Shown here: in pieces, positions 27,685 to 40,064 of the stretch | Numbering within the stretch: the first letter of the stretch is position 1 | How the letters are laid out: each line of letters starts with the position of its first letter | Assembly (NCBI GenBank): GCA_951406725.2 | Contig: OX597815.1 | Span: 93,310,001-93,374,000, forward strand | DNA from: Octopus vulgaris | Taxonomy: Eukaryota | Length of the DNA stretch: 64,000 bases | Direction: 5' to 3' | The notes under the pieces: model-generated | The model's database searches: none | What the model was told of the DNA's origin: nothing | The model's input: the letters and a program-made list of their open reading frames with translations, nothing else | Translations under genes and position numbers: made by a program

Positions 27685-28845
27685 TGATGGGTGTTCATTA
27701 AAGATTTCCCCTGATACACTTCCAGTTATTGCAGGAAACGGAACTTGTGTAGTTATAAGTGTACTTGTCTCTACATGTCACATTGTAAATTGCAGATCAG
27801 TGATCAGGTTCTTATACTTGAAAGGGCATACACCAAAAGAGACTTTTGATGAGATGAAAGAAACTTTTGGTGATGATGCACCATCATACGATGTAGTCAA
27901 GCACTGACATTGCCAGTTCAAATGTGGTTGGACTTAGGTGAAAACTGCTCCTATTCTTGGACAACCACATTCCACCATTGATGACGACACCATCCATAAA
28001 GTAGAAGCTGCAACTTTGGAGGATCGCTGCATAACTATTCTGCAACTAGCCCAAGAAGCAAAGATAAGTGTAGGGTCTGTGGAAAAAAATCATTCACAAC
28101 CATTTGCACATGTGGAAGCTGTGTGAATGATAGATTCCCTAGATGCTCACACCTTTTCAGAAGCAGGAACACGTCAATTACTCCCAGGCTCTTTTGGCAA
28201 TGTGCCAAGAAAATGAGGAGGACTTTTTTGGCATGGGTCCATCACTATGATCCTAAGACTAAAATCCACTTGAATATAAGCATAACTCCAAAGAAGGCTC
28301 ATGTCCAACTCTCAGCAGGCAAGGTGATGCTGTCTTTTGGGATCAGCATGGAGCAGTGAGGATGGATTTTCTGGCAAAGGACACCACAATTAACAGGGCA
28401 TATTATGCTTCTCTGCTGCAGAGATTGTGGGATGCCATCAAAGCAGAGAGGTGTGGCATGCTGAGCAAAGGAGTCTGCCTCTTCCAAGACAACGCCCCAG
28501 TTCACAATGCGCATGTTGCCCAGATGAAAGCAGACTCCTGCAGCTATGAAATCCTTCGTCCTGACCTTGCATCATCTGACTTCCACCTCTTTCCAACCAT
28601 GAAGTCTTTTTTGAAGAGGAAGCACTTTTCGGATGAGGATGAACTTATTTCTAAGGTGATGTCTTGGCTCCAGGCCCAACCTACCAATTTCTACAGACGA
28701 GGTCTTCACAGCTGCATAAAGTGATGGGAGAAGTGTGGCACCATTGTTGGTGGCTATGTAGAGAAGGACAAATAATTATGCCAAGCTTTGTTTATCCCAG
28801 TCCTTGGGAAGTGGATCAGGGGATATCTTTAATGAACATCTCTCA
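27685..28845 (+). mobile_element. Near full-length degenerate mariner transposon (irritans-like) with TIRs
   Basis: About 39-bp imperfect TIRs (tgatgggtgttcattaaagatttcccctgatacacttcc / ggaagtggatcaggggatatctttaatgaacatctctca), TA at the left flank. Broken transposase with RSVIRFLYLKG, WVHHYDPKTK, FQDNAPVH, PDLASSDFHLF; several stops and frameshifts. Confidence 0.92.
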
Positions 28846-31101
28846 TTTGTAATTGGTTTCTTTACTGAGCCTCTGATGGTTTGTAATTTTGGATATTGCT
28901 ATAATCATTGCATTGTTGAGTTAACAAAGGAGCCATGACAAACCATATGTAGCCCATCTATTACAAATAGCAACCAAATGTCCTTTAAACTTTTTGGTAG
29001 TGATGTGGTGTACTCACAGGCAATGGTCTAGAAACAGTACAAGTGGACCTCATTTCTTTTGAACACACACTCTATGACTGACTCTAGAAAGAGAAAACTG
29101 ATGGTGGAAAATTCTTATGGCACTTCAATTCAAACACTTGATGATTTATTTCAAGATACACTAAATCTGAATAAAAAAACAGAGAATGGCCTTGGCTAGA
29201 ACATCATTAAAGATAGCATGTCTACTTGATCAAGACTAACCTAGGGTTAAATAACAATAGATATCACTTTGAAATGCCCCAATGCAAAGTGTATAAATCT
29301 TGTTGCTTGACTGAATGAAAAGACTATGTCCTACTTCATGGTTGAGTGGTCAGCTGTAGGAAAGACATCTGCAAGCTGTAATAAGAATGTTTCATCAAAT
29401 AAACTAAGTAAGCATGGGGAAACAGATGTACCAAGTAAACAGTGTGTGTGCATCATATATAAGTATGTTTTTCTGTATATGTGTGTTTGCACAATAAGGA
29501 ATGAAGTGTTTAGGCATAAGCAGGAATAGTCAGGAGCAAGGAAAGAAAACAAGTGTTGAACCAATAAAGCAGACAATGTTTTTTCTATTAGACTTTTCTA
29601 ATCAACACCATAAATATATTTACAATAAGATCACCAGAGAGATGATAACACATGATATCACTCACCGCTAATAGTTACCAACTACAGACTGCAACTATCT
29701 GCTTTATTGACTGTCAGTGGGATATTTCACATTCGGAAACAATAAAGTCTTTAATGTATGGTTAACATTTCAAGGGCAGTTTTAGTATTATTATTTTAAT
29801 ATGGGAAGCATAAAAGGCATTCAGATTTTTAAATTGCTAAATCTAGATTAGCCCAGCTAAAACTAGCAATAGTTAAAATGGAGTAAAAATTAATAATGCA
29901 AGAAGGACAAAAGTTCACCATGCAAGAATATTCCTGGGTGTATTTGAAAAATGTTTGAAATGCTTAACTGAAGATATATAACCATTTCAAGCAGTAATAC
30001 CTTTCAAAGAGTTTGATAGATCTCTAGAAATGCATAAAAATAATTCTTTAAACGAAAAAAAAAAACTGAAAGAATTATTTCTACCAAAGATATCAAGCAC
30101 TGAACATTTGGCCCTTCACCAGAAGTATCTAAGAGGAGGACATTCAAAGAGGTGATTCTAGAGTTTGAAAAAGGGGTAAAAGAAAGCAAATAATAGCAAC
30201 TTTGAACTACGTAAGATTGTTTTGAAAGAAACTGAAGAGCTGTTTAGGCAGTTGAAGGTAGAAATAGGCATTGGAATAGAGGCTCACTCAAGGAATATGC
30301 AGGTAGACTTAAGTTCAGATGACCAGCAGTGGGGGGCAAAGAAGAATCAGGCCTGACCCATAGTGTACAAGACTATCTCAGTATGTACTTGGTGCAGTCC
30401 TACTAACCCTTTGTGCATTGTGGAAGAAACATCAATTCGCTGGTGGCGCAAGTGACAGCACTGGCTGCACCCAACAAGCGGCTGAAGTCTGTTGGAAATA
30501 TGAGCACAGGAAACATAATAGCAACAACGCATGCAACACAGTAATAACAAGCTAAACTGTTGTAATTAAACAATTTGATTTATTTCATTTTTATGTTTTG
30601 TAATTTTTTTTAAAATCAAGAGGAAATTAAAAAAAAAATGCAACAATATTGACAACATGCAGTTATTACAACAATTAAATTCCAATAATATATATTTTTC
30701 TTTAAAAAGAGAAAACTACTTATAAAGTTTAAAATTAATATTCCTTCCCCTAAATATTCATTTTTACACTTGATTAAAAATTGCATTTTTACTCCATATA
30801 ATATAAACTGACAATATATTTAAGTAATGAAATTATTTTTGCTGTTCTATCAAAATGTCTCTTCTAACATGGAAAAAAAATCCTGATGATGTTGGCAAGG
30901 GTCTTATTGCTACATTGGATGTTGAAATGATTGATTTTCGATTTAAAACTAAAACTTAGGCCTCAGCAGAACTTATGAATTTACCAAACATAATAGGAGT
31001 TTAAATTGCTAAATACTAAACATATCTTTAACGGCATTGGTTCCAAAATTCAAAGAAACTTTGAAGATGAGTTTCTTCATTGGCATCCTAAACTGCTTTA
31101 A

Positions 31102-31324
31102 ACCTTTAACATTCAGATTACTTTGTTGAATGTAATGCTTATTCAGTTACATTGTTTTGAATTTAGCCATGCTTCATCTCACAGCTTAAAAATTTTAATG
31201 ATGTGATAATATTTCTTTAGAATGACATCATTGTGTAGGTATAAGAAGATGGATCTGGCTGGCTTGGACATAAAATAGGTCAAGTAGGTTTGGGCTGGGT
31301 ATAGCCAGTTTAGATGCTGAAGAG
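31102..31324. mobile_element. piggyBac-type MITE, second copy in opposite orientation
   Basis: Flanked by TTAA (31098-31101, 31325-31328). Degenerate TIRs acctttaacatt / gatgctgaagag. Internal similarity to the reverse complement of 38797-39018. Confidence 0.65.
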
Positions 31325-31994
31325 TTAATGGTATTCCTTAAATGTTGCTTTACCTAGTTAGATGAACTAATATCAAACGAAAGTCTTGTACAAAATAAAA
31401 ATACACTGTTAAACAGCTGGCATGCTGGATTAAATAAACAGTAAATAACCATGCAATGATTGACAACAATTAGACACATTGATAAAAACAACATGCATTA
31501 ATGTTTACACAGTGGAAGACAAAGAACTCTAGACATGTTTATCTATACATGTGAACTGAAACAAGGAACGGGAACCATTATGTTTCAGTAAATAATTTCC
31601 ATAAAATTGACATTTTTTTAAAATTCTAAATAACCGAATTTTTTCTAATAAAAATCAGAAAACAAATTTACAAGGAAAATTAGATTTTTAAATAAAAAAA
31701 AAAGTAAATTGTATAAAAATATATATAATTTACGTTATTTTAGGACAAAAATAATAATTGAAGGTAAATGGATAAAACATATATATGTATATATGAGTAT
31801 TATATAAATTTTATATTTGCCCAGGACATCTAAATACTGCTTTATATATTTATATATGAAAGCAAGACAGTTGCAGCATAGCTCCACATCTTTCTATCTT
31901 AACTTTTGAATACCAGAGAAATCTATGAAACTGGTTACATCTTTAAATATTTAAAAATTAAAAGTCTAAATGAATCCCTGTGCATTTTCAACTC

Positions 31995-32038
<44 letters not shown>

Positions 32039-32525
32039 AAGGTGGATGCATGTTCTGTCAAAGCCCAGTGATCTAGTCTGCATTGTTAATGAATCAACTA
32101 AATATTGAGATAAATTTATTCTAAATATTTCTTGTAACTTCACCTGTTCCATCAAATGGTAACTGCTTTTAAAACTATTTCAAAATATTTAATGACTATA
32201 TAATTGGCTTGTTAGTTTTGTGTGTGTACACGTGTGACTACTAGTTTGTATTACATTAGAATTCTTCCGCTATATCACCACTGTATGTAGTATAATTAGA
32301 GAAGTGTGATAAAATACAAACATCTTTTTGATTGGTTCGTCAGTGTTACGCTTGTATAGGTAGATGGTGGGGGGGGACAAAGAATCTGTTTCATGCCTAC
32401 TAATTTTGCAGTATTGATTAATAATTGATAGCTAACAACCGAATCTCATAAATCTATTTCGTATTTATTTTGTTGTAATGAAGGTAATAAAAATCATAAA
32501 ACAAATTTTTGAGTGTAAGGCTTAC

Positions 32526-32695
32526 CTTATCCGTTCAAGTAAACTTTCTCCTTCTCTGACCGTACTAATAGCTGCTTCAATAGTTGTCTCCCTTTGATCA
32601 TTGAACTGTGTTACTAAGTGCTCTGCTCCTTCCACTGTATCAGCTATTTCTGAACTTTGCAGTTCTTGTTGCAATTCTTCTAGCCAAGATGTTAA
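32526..32695 (-). CDS. trio: Trio/Kalirin RhoGEF, internal spectrin-repeat exon (170 nt, phase 0-2)
   Basis: ttttag|TTA...ATA AG|gtaagc. Encodes LTSWLEELQQELQSSEIADTVEGAEHLVTQFNDQRETTIEAAISTVREGESLLERI, continuing in phase from the previous exon and matching the recalled Trio LWTWLEELQKELL...VIKEGEDLIQQLR. Not in the ORF track. Confidence 0.93.
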
Positions 32696-32942
32696 CTAAA
32701 ATAGATATGATAAATTGCTCAATTGGAGGGCTTTTTTACCCAAATTTTCTGCGTGTGTGTGTGTGTGTGTTTCATTACATATACAATATATTAAAACAAT
32801 GAAGAGCATAAATCATGATTATCACAGAAATTTTAACACAAAAATCGATCAAGTTTCATTTATTCTTATATTCTGTAAGACAAATGCAGAGCATTTCCAC
32901 ATTATGCACAGCATTTGTCTTGAGGAATACAAACAGATTTCA

Positions 32943-32990
<48 letters not shown>

Positions 32991-32993
<3 letters not shown>

Positions 32994-33171
32994 ATAGAAA
33001 TGGTAAGACAACAAAAGAATGAAAGAGACCTCGATATTATGTAAATAGAGGAATTTATCTGTAACTATATGTGACAGTTATTCAGTAGCCATGATAAAAC
33101 TCTGAGTTTCGGATGTCGGGGCAGAAACCCACGCCGCCATCTCTTCAGTTATTGGGCCATTGAAAAAATGC
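32991..33171 (-). mobile_element. Penelope-like pLTR / retrozyme-type fragment inserted in (TA)n
   Basis: About 180-bp CpG-containing insert between (TA)n tracts, carrying a hammerhead core. Confidence 0.5.
33088..33158 (-). ncRNA. Type I hammerhead-ribozyme-like motif
   Basis: Minus strand: ATAA-CTGAAGA-[GATGGCGG...CCGACATC]-C-GAAA-CTC A GAG-TT-TTAT. Stem I ATAA/TTAT plus GCC/GGC; quasi-palindromic stem III; GUU triplet; one extra C before GAAA. Confidence 0.55.
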
Positions 33172-33224
33172 TATATATATATAAAACAAAACAAGAAGAT
33201 GGAAAATTTTTTTACATTACTTAT

Positions 33225-33328
33225 TCACCATTACACAAGTTTCATTTGCTAATAGGAATCTAGGAATCACAAATTTGTAAATGTTGGATAAACAAGAAAC
33301 TTCCTATTAGAAATTCTTCACATTAATA
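33225..33328 (-). ncRNA. Second, degenerate hammerhead-like motif with long stem II
   Basis: Minus strand: gTGAAGA-ATTTCTAATAGGAA...TTCCTATTAGCAAAT-GAAAC-ttgt-GTA. 14-bp stem II with one bulge; C3 is G and stem I is weak. Confidence 0.35.
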
Positions 33329-34082
33329 CATACTGGACTACAATACTGGAATAAGCAGATGTGCTTCAAGAGGATACAGTTTGGACTTTACCCTACCTAT
33401 ATAATCACTCTCTCACACACACACACACAAATTTAAGGCCATATACTTAGACGCAGACTTTCCACAATGGTAATTGACATCTAAGAACAGCTACCTATTA
33501 GCCATGTTTCCATAAACATTACAGCCAACCGCAGTTGTACAGAAGAATCAATAAACTCAATATTTCCTTGTGTATTTTACAGCAGGACTGGCCCAGGTTG
33601 CAAGGTAAAAGCTTCTTTGTGTAATAACATGTACAATGAACATAACTGAAGTCAATTAAGTTAAATTGCTATTTGATCACCTGTAGTTAACAACACCAAT
33701 CAGATAAGAAGGTGGTCACATTTAGAATTGTACTTCATACCTATTTTCTCTGTGATGAAAGAAGGTAGAGCCATAATTATTTAACAGACTTTAGTAATCT
33801 GAAGTAAATGAAATCATAATGAGCATTTTAAAAAGACAGCTTTCATTAAGGTGGAGAAGGAAAGTAAATGTCAATACACTTAATTATAACATCACCACCT
33901 CTAACTGACTGACATGTTGGTAACATGATTCACTGGGTTTTATTTCTAGATCTGTATGACATTCTCAAGACTAACTACCAACACTATCGCAAGAATGTAG
34001 TCAGTATTTATTTGTAAGAAGCCAAGAAAATGTGTCAGTGGGTTGGCAAGAGATTTCCAAATCACTATAAAAAAAAAAGTGG

Positions 34083-34399
34083 TATTCCATCAGTTATGAC
34101 AATGAGGGGTTCCAGTTAATCCAATCAACAAAGAGCCTGCTCATGAAATGAATGAGCAAGTGGTTGAGCATTCCACAGACACATGTACCCCTAATGTAGT
34201 TCTCAGAGGAGATTCATCATAACACAGAATGTGACATGGCTGGTCATTTAAATTACAGGCACAACTCATTTTTGTCTGCTGAGTGAACTGAAGCAATGTG
34301 AACTAAAGCATTTTGCTCAAGGACACAACACACCACCAGATATTGAACTCATGACCTTATGATTATGAGCCAAATATCCTAACCACTAAGCCATGTGCC
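34083..34399 (-). mobile_element. Degenerate tRNA-derived SINE sharing head and core with family C
   Basis: Reverse complement begins ggcacatggcttagtggttagg...gagttcaatatc...gtgtccttgagcaaaatgcttta. Confidence 0.7.
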
Positions 34400-37300
34400 T
34401 TCACTCCAAATCACTAACAGAGAAGTCAGAAGCTCATATCACACCACCAACACCATAGTTGCATTCATGACCAAAACATTCAACTCTCAAGTGTGCCAGC
34501 CCTGCCAACTGCAAATAAGTACCATAGAACAGGAATAGCACTCTACTCTAAGCAGAAACACCACCAAATTCAAAAGTATTTAATTTGCAGAGCAAAGTTC
34601 AAATCCTCCTATAACTTGGAGAAGGATGTAGAATGCATGAAGGTGGAGTTTTCAATGGTAGCTCTAACGCCCCCAGGTTAAGAGAGTCACTTTGTTTGCT
34701 CAAACATAGTCAAAAGAATAACCTGGAGCAACAGTACAATACCTAGTCGTGTGGTTTTCAGTGCCTGTCAAGTCAGTTTTATTCTTCTGCAAGACAACTG
34801 AACTCACTGCCATATACCAGGACTGGACAGGTGATCAATTTATATTTCAGTACCAATCACCATGCAGTTATTTTATTAACAGTACAGTTGAGTTAAAGGA
34901 ATCTATTGTCATACCTCGAGTCAATATACTCGAGGTATGCAAAACATTTTATAATTGTATAACCTTACTCAAAATACAGCCTGGTGGAAGGACACAATAC
35001 CATTCATCTTCAAACTAATGAAAAGGCAACATTTTACATGCTTATCCAATACAAGTCCTCAAGAATTTGCAAATAAACAAATATTTTTCTTTCAACAGAT
35101 GAATATCTTTCCAAGTACCAACTACTGAAAACAAGGTTTTTGAAGCACCAATGTTCTAAGATGATTAACGAGGACAGTTTTTACAAAATGAATTATGTTA
35201 GTGTACCATACCATGAGCAGACAAAAATTATAACGTTTTGACAAGAGAGACTACAATTAGTCTTTCTAGTGTTTACTGTTGAAGTAAACAGAGTTATATA
35301 TGATAGCCATATCTAAACAGTAGTAGAGTAGTTGAACAACTCTGGCAGAATGGTTCATACCAAAAAAAAAAATGCAATTTAACTCATTGCTGATTTCAGT
35401 CAGATGAAATTCATCACAGATTAAGATTAATCTATAACCTGTGAAACAGCCTGAACTCATTAGCCTATCACTTGTACAGTCAATAACCTACAATATGCAT
35501 ATTAGTTAGCTTTACAGCAAACTGTCTAAAATTCAACACCCTAAATTCTAGGATTTTCTTCAGTTTCCATCCACAGCTTACGGTTGCAAAAGGGTTTAAA
35601 AGCTTTTATTCTACCAACAGAGTTTTAAGTATCCTTTACACAGATAGCTTAACAACCGGCCCAGAAAGATGTAAATTGATACATGAAGAGGTACAGTACA
35701 TTGTTTTAGGTAGCAAGTAGAACTGTTGGAGGGTTTCATTGGTTTACAATGTGGAACTCACATGTAAAGCTATTCTATCCAGGACAAGTGGTTAAGGTCA
35801 CAAATATTGGAATAAATTACACAGCAGTGTGGTAACTTCTAATAATGATGAAAATTTGAAGAAAAAATCCAGTATACAATAAGTGCTAAAGTAGTGGGAA
35901 GGCAGGGTCATTAAGACTTGGATAAATACATCTAGGTATTTAGTTATGGCTTTTTACATTCTGAATTCAAACCTTATTACAGTTAATTTTATCGTTCCAG
36001 GGTCAACAAAATAAAAAACACCTGTTGTTAAGTACTGGATTTATTTAATTAACTATACACCCACTTCCAAACTTGTGGCTTTATGTCTATGAAAAAATAA
36101 GCATCTTCTTTAAAAGCATATCAAACATGATTTAATTATATCTGATGAAAATCATTCAAAATACTGCTGGTGTCAACTTTGCCCTTCATCTGTTTTCTAA
36201 GATGAATGTACTGGGGTTCATTTAATTGGCTGAACCCTTTCTTTCATCCACAATTTGTGGCTCTGTACCAATGTTAGAAATTAATATTATTTACTCTGAA
36301 GATCTCCAGTTCATCACTTATACCTGAAGTCTCTCAAAATAAAGAGTTGTTTACTTAGTGATACTTTCAAAATCTTCTAGGAGATTATTCAACCAACAAG
36401 CAAATGAAAATCTCCTTTAAATTGCAAACCCTATCATTTTCAAAAAACATAAAGAGGATGCCTAAGATAATGTAGTTGTGGATACTCCTAAAAAGATTAG
36501 GTGGTTATATCTGTAAAACTATGATTTTAAGATTTTCAATTAGTTTAACCTGGGTTAAACAGCTAATAAATGTAATTTTAACTCTTTTAAAATATACATT
36601 TATTGTCAGTAATACACACATCATGTTTGGAAACCTCCTTACCACAATTTAAAATTAATTTTCTAGTTATGAATATTCCCATCTTTGGTTACTCAGGTAT
36701 CTTTGGAATTAGAGAAGTACATGCATTATGTAGTCTCAGAAAGTTAACTAGGAGAGTATGGCTACCTTATCAGAGATGAATTACTGTTGTCTGTCTACCA
36801 ATACAATATAAGCTATGACTAAATAAATATATGACCGTAGACTTATGCATTTAGTCATACTGTGATATTAGGTCTTATGAGGGCCTTTTCAGTAGCTTGA
36901 GATACACAATAAACTTAATGGTCTTGTTATTTAACAAAACCATCAAGATTCGCTTACCTTACTTTCCCAAAATGCTGTGTGATAACAGCAGAATACTACT
37001 TATTAAAATGTAAATAACACTGTACCAGGCATAACTCATTTACATAATGGTACATGGTCTCTTTTATTCTTGATGGAATTTCAACAAAATTTAGAAAACA
37101 AGAGTTAAGCAGAGTAAAATTGTGTTATTTTTATTTACTGTAACACAAAATTAAGTGGAAAATATTTGACTTGACTTGGAAACAGGAAAAACATAATAAA
37201 ACAGTTGACATGATTAAAATATTAACATGCAACAAGTCACATAGTAAACACTGTGATTCCATTTCCAAATACATGGGTGTGAGGATGGGGTACAGTGAGA

Positions 37301-37834
37301 GTAGCTGTGTACACAGGCATCAGAATATGTAGAACTAAAAAAGGGCACTAATTGAAAATTAAAATAACTTCAACTTTTTTATCATAAAAGTAATACACAC
37401 TCTGTGCGCTTCAATTGTTTTGGGTCTTTTTTTAAATAATCAGTCAGAAAGATTAAGTAAAATAAATTTTTTTGTTATTAAGCTAGCATGATTGCAATAC
37501 AACAAAAGGTTCTTATATAAAAATAAGAAAATGTAGCTTAAATAAGAATGCAGTTATGTATTATAGAATCAAAGGTGATTCCAGGTAGATTGGTAACAAA
37601 TGAGTTAAAGATGTGAATGCTCATTTACCATTAACTCTTCTAATTACATTTGAAGATTATTTTACAACTAGAAATGGTAGTGATTATTTTTTGTTTCCTT
37701 TTTCTTTTGTTATTTCTGTTATTTTTTTCTGAGGAATTAGTGGAGAAGGTTTTTAATAGAAAGAGAATGTTTGTGTGTGAGAGAGGAGGAAACTTGACTA
37801 ATTGATATGTAATATGCAAAACGATCATATTTAC

Positions 37835-38026
37835 CTCATGAACATGTGTATAAAATGAGACAGTCATATCAAGTATAGCCCTTCTCCTTTCTAGAGCAGT
37901 GATGAAATCATGCATGCGCTCTTCAAGTTCCTGGGCTTCACTGTATATTTCCTTGGGATCACATTCACCAGTTTGAGCAAGTTCATCAGCAGCAGCTAGT
38001 AGTTTATCAGCATTTGTTATTGTGTT
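37835..38026 (-). CDS. trio: Trio/Kalirin RhoGEF, internal spectrin-repeat exon (192 nt, phase 0-0)
   Basis: tttcag|AAC...GAG|gtaaat. Encodes NTITNADKLLAAADELAQTGECDPKEIYSEAQELEERMHDFITALERRRAILDMTVSFYTHVHE, closely matching the Trio/Kalirin segment recalled as NTYTNADKLLEAAEQLAQTGECDPEEIY...LLDMSVSFHTHVKE. Confidence 0.95.
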
Positions 38027-38796
38027 CTGAAATCAATCAATGAATTATAAGTAATAATTAAACTTGTGATCATCATCCTCATTTCTTCAACATCAGCTTT
38101 TCTACAGGATCCAAAAATAAAAGCCAATAAACAAAGAACAAAAATGTACAATCAAGATTATGACAAGTTTTGTATCAAATAGTCCAAGAAACTTTATAAA
38201 CGTTTATAATAACAACAAAAACTAACAAAATTAGAAAAAAATATGAATTCATTAGTTAATTGTTGTTCAAGAAAAAAAAAAGCTACTTTACCTAATTATG
38301 GCATAATCACACACCCAAACTAAATTGGATGGGGAAAAACATTACTGGACAAGTATGTAGTACATGTGTCAAGTTTAAATAGACTTTCCATAACAAGAAC
38401 AGCAACAACAATAATAGTATCATCTAAAATAGGAACAGTAATTTCACTGGGTTGATATGTAATTGACGTAAAGCAGAAAAGAAAATGAGTTCAAATTTCC
38501 AGCAGAAATCTCATTTTACACATTTCCTTGAATAAAAATAAGGAACTGAAGCTGAAATATCATACAAAATGTGCATGTCAACAATTTATGGCCTATAGAG
38601 AAATGGGTGTGGCTTCTCCTGAGTATTATTTATAGGGAGTTTATGAGAGAAGAAACAATGCTTTAAACTTGGAAACCCACTGTTACTTTATTTACATTCT
38701 GCATAAAACTGAATGTTTTTGTATGAATATACACATAGAGATCAAAGTTTTTATATGCACTGATATTTTATATCATAGGTTAAATGATATCCTTAA

Positions 38797-39018
38797 CTCT
38801 TTAGCATTTATATCAGCCACATCCAGTAAAAATATTCTACCTGCTTTTTATATTCAAACTGACCAAATCTGGCCTTTCGCACCTACTCTACAATGTTATT
38901 CTAAAACTAAACTACCACAGCATCAAAATCTCTAAGTTATAAGATAATTCATGATAAATTCAAAACAATGTGAATAAACAAGCATTTCATTTAAGAGAAT
39001 AATCTGAATGCTAAAGGG
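38797..39018. mobile_element. piggyBac-type MITE
   Basis: TTAA at 38793-38796 and 39019-39022; TIRs ctctttagcatt / aatgctaaaggg. A related copy lies at 31102-31324. Confidence 0.75.
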
Positions 39019-40001
39019 TTAAACTCAAATTGGCAAGTCACTGAAGCAGGTGTGTGTTTTTCTTGAAAACAATAACTTATAGATATTCAAGTTAAACATC
39101 AACCATATCAACAGAATCAGCCTGTGAGTATTTTTGATTAACTTATTACAATAACATGTGACTTGAGATGTTTTCTATAATCTGAAAAATTAGTATCTAC
39201 ATTTACATGTAGATAAAAGGATCAGTCTACAAGGTAGTTGTAACATTCTAAAATGTTGTAGAAACTGGACTATACACCATAGGTATCAACAAACATTACT
39301 GGCTCAACCATCCATGCATCAGAATTACTACAACATAATTTGGCAGAACAGTCAAATCGAAGTGGTCTTGAATTTGATATGTGGAGTATTGAGATCAGCA
39401 TCATACAAGCAACAACTTGTAAGAAGAGTCTGTCAAAGTAAATCTTCTATTCACACTTTACCCCTTTCAATACTAACCTACTTAAAAGTAACCTTGTTTC
39501 TGTTACAAATTCCATTTTAAAACCTTCCATCAAAATTTTATATTAATTCATGTTCTAAACACCAGCTTAATAATGGCAAAGTAATTTTACTAAATTCTTC
39601 ATTATTTTCCAAATTAATTGAAACAAAATCAGTGAATACTGACAAAAATATGGTATCAGATGTGTAAGTTGTTCCCCAACAGGAAATTATACAGACTTGG
39701 GCAACAGAGAAGACTAGACTGCAATACTTAGTGATCCACTTATTGAGTTGCAACCAGCACTCTCTGTCTGAGCCCCACACTCAGCACAGACAGTAAAATG
39801 ATAGCGATCCATTATGAAATGATCAAGACATATCCTTGCACACAATACAAGAAAATAGACTATCTCAGAAGAATTAAACTAATTAGCTTTCAAATTACAC
39901 TCACAACTAATTAAGAAGTTCACAGCATATAAACTCCAGAAATTATTATTACAGCTGAAATTGAAGCAGCTAAACTTTTTAGAGTTTTTTTTAAACTCAT
40001 T

Positions 40002-40003
<2 letters not shown>

Positions 40004-40060
<57 letters not shown>
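40004..40060. repeat. (GA)n microsatellite
   Basis: Pure dinucleotide tract. Confidence 0.95.

Positions 40061-40064
<4 letters not shown>

Noticed and set aside
28356-28724. Functional or domesticated transposase
   Set aside because: Only a fragment; stops, frameshifts and deletions upstream and next to the catalytic motifs.
30231-30270. Plus-strand CTGAAGA plus hairpin as a hammerhead
   Set aside because: Hairpin is followed by GAAG rather than GAAA, and stems I and III are absent.
37640-37834. C-terminal part of the 91-aa ORF
   Set aside because: Intron read-through past the GAG|gtaaat donor; Trio similarity stops at the donor.
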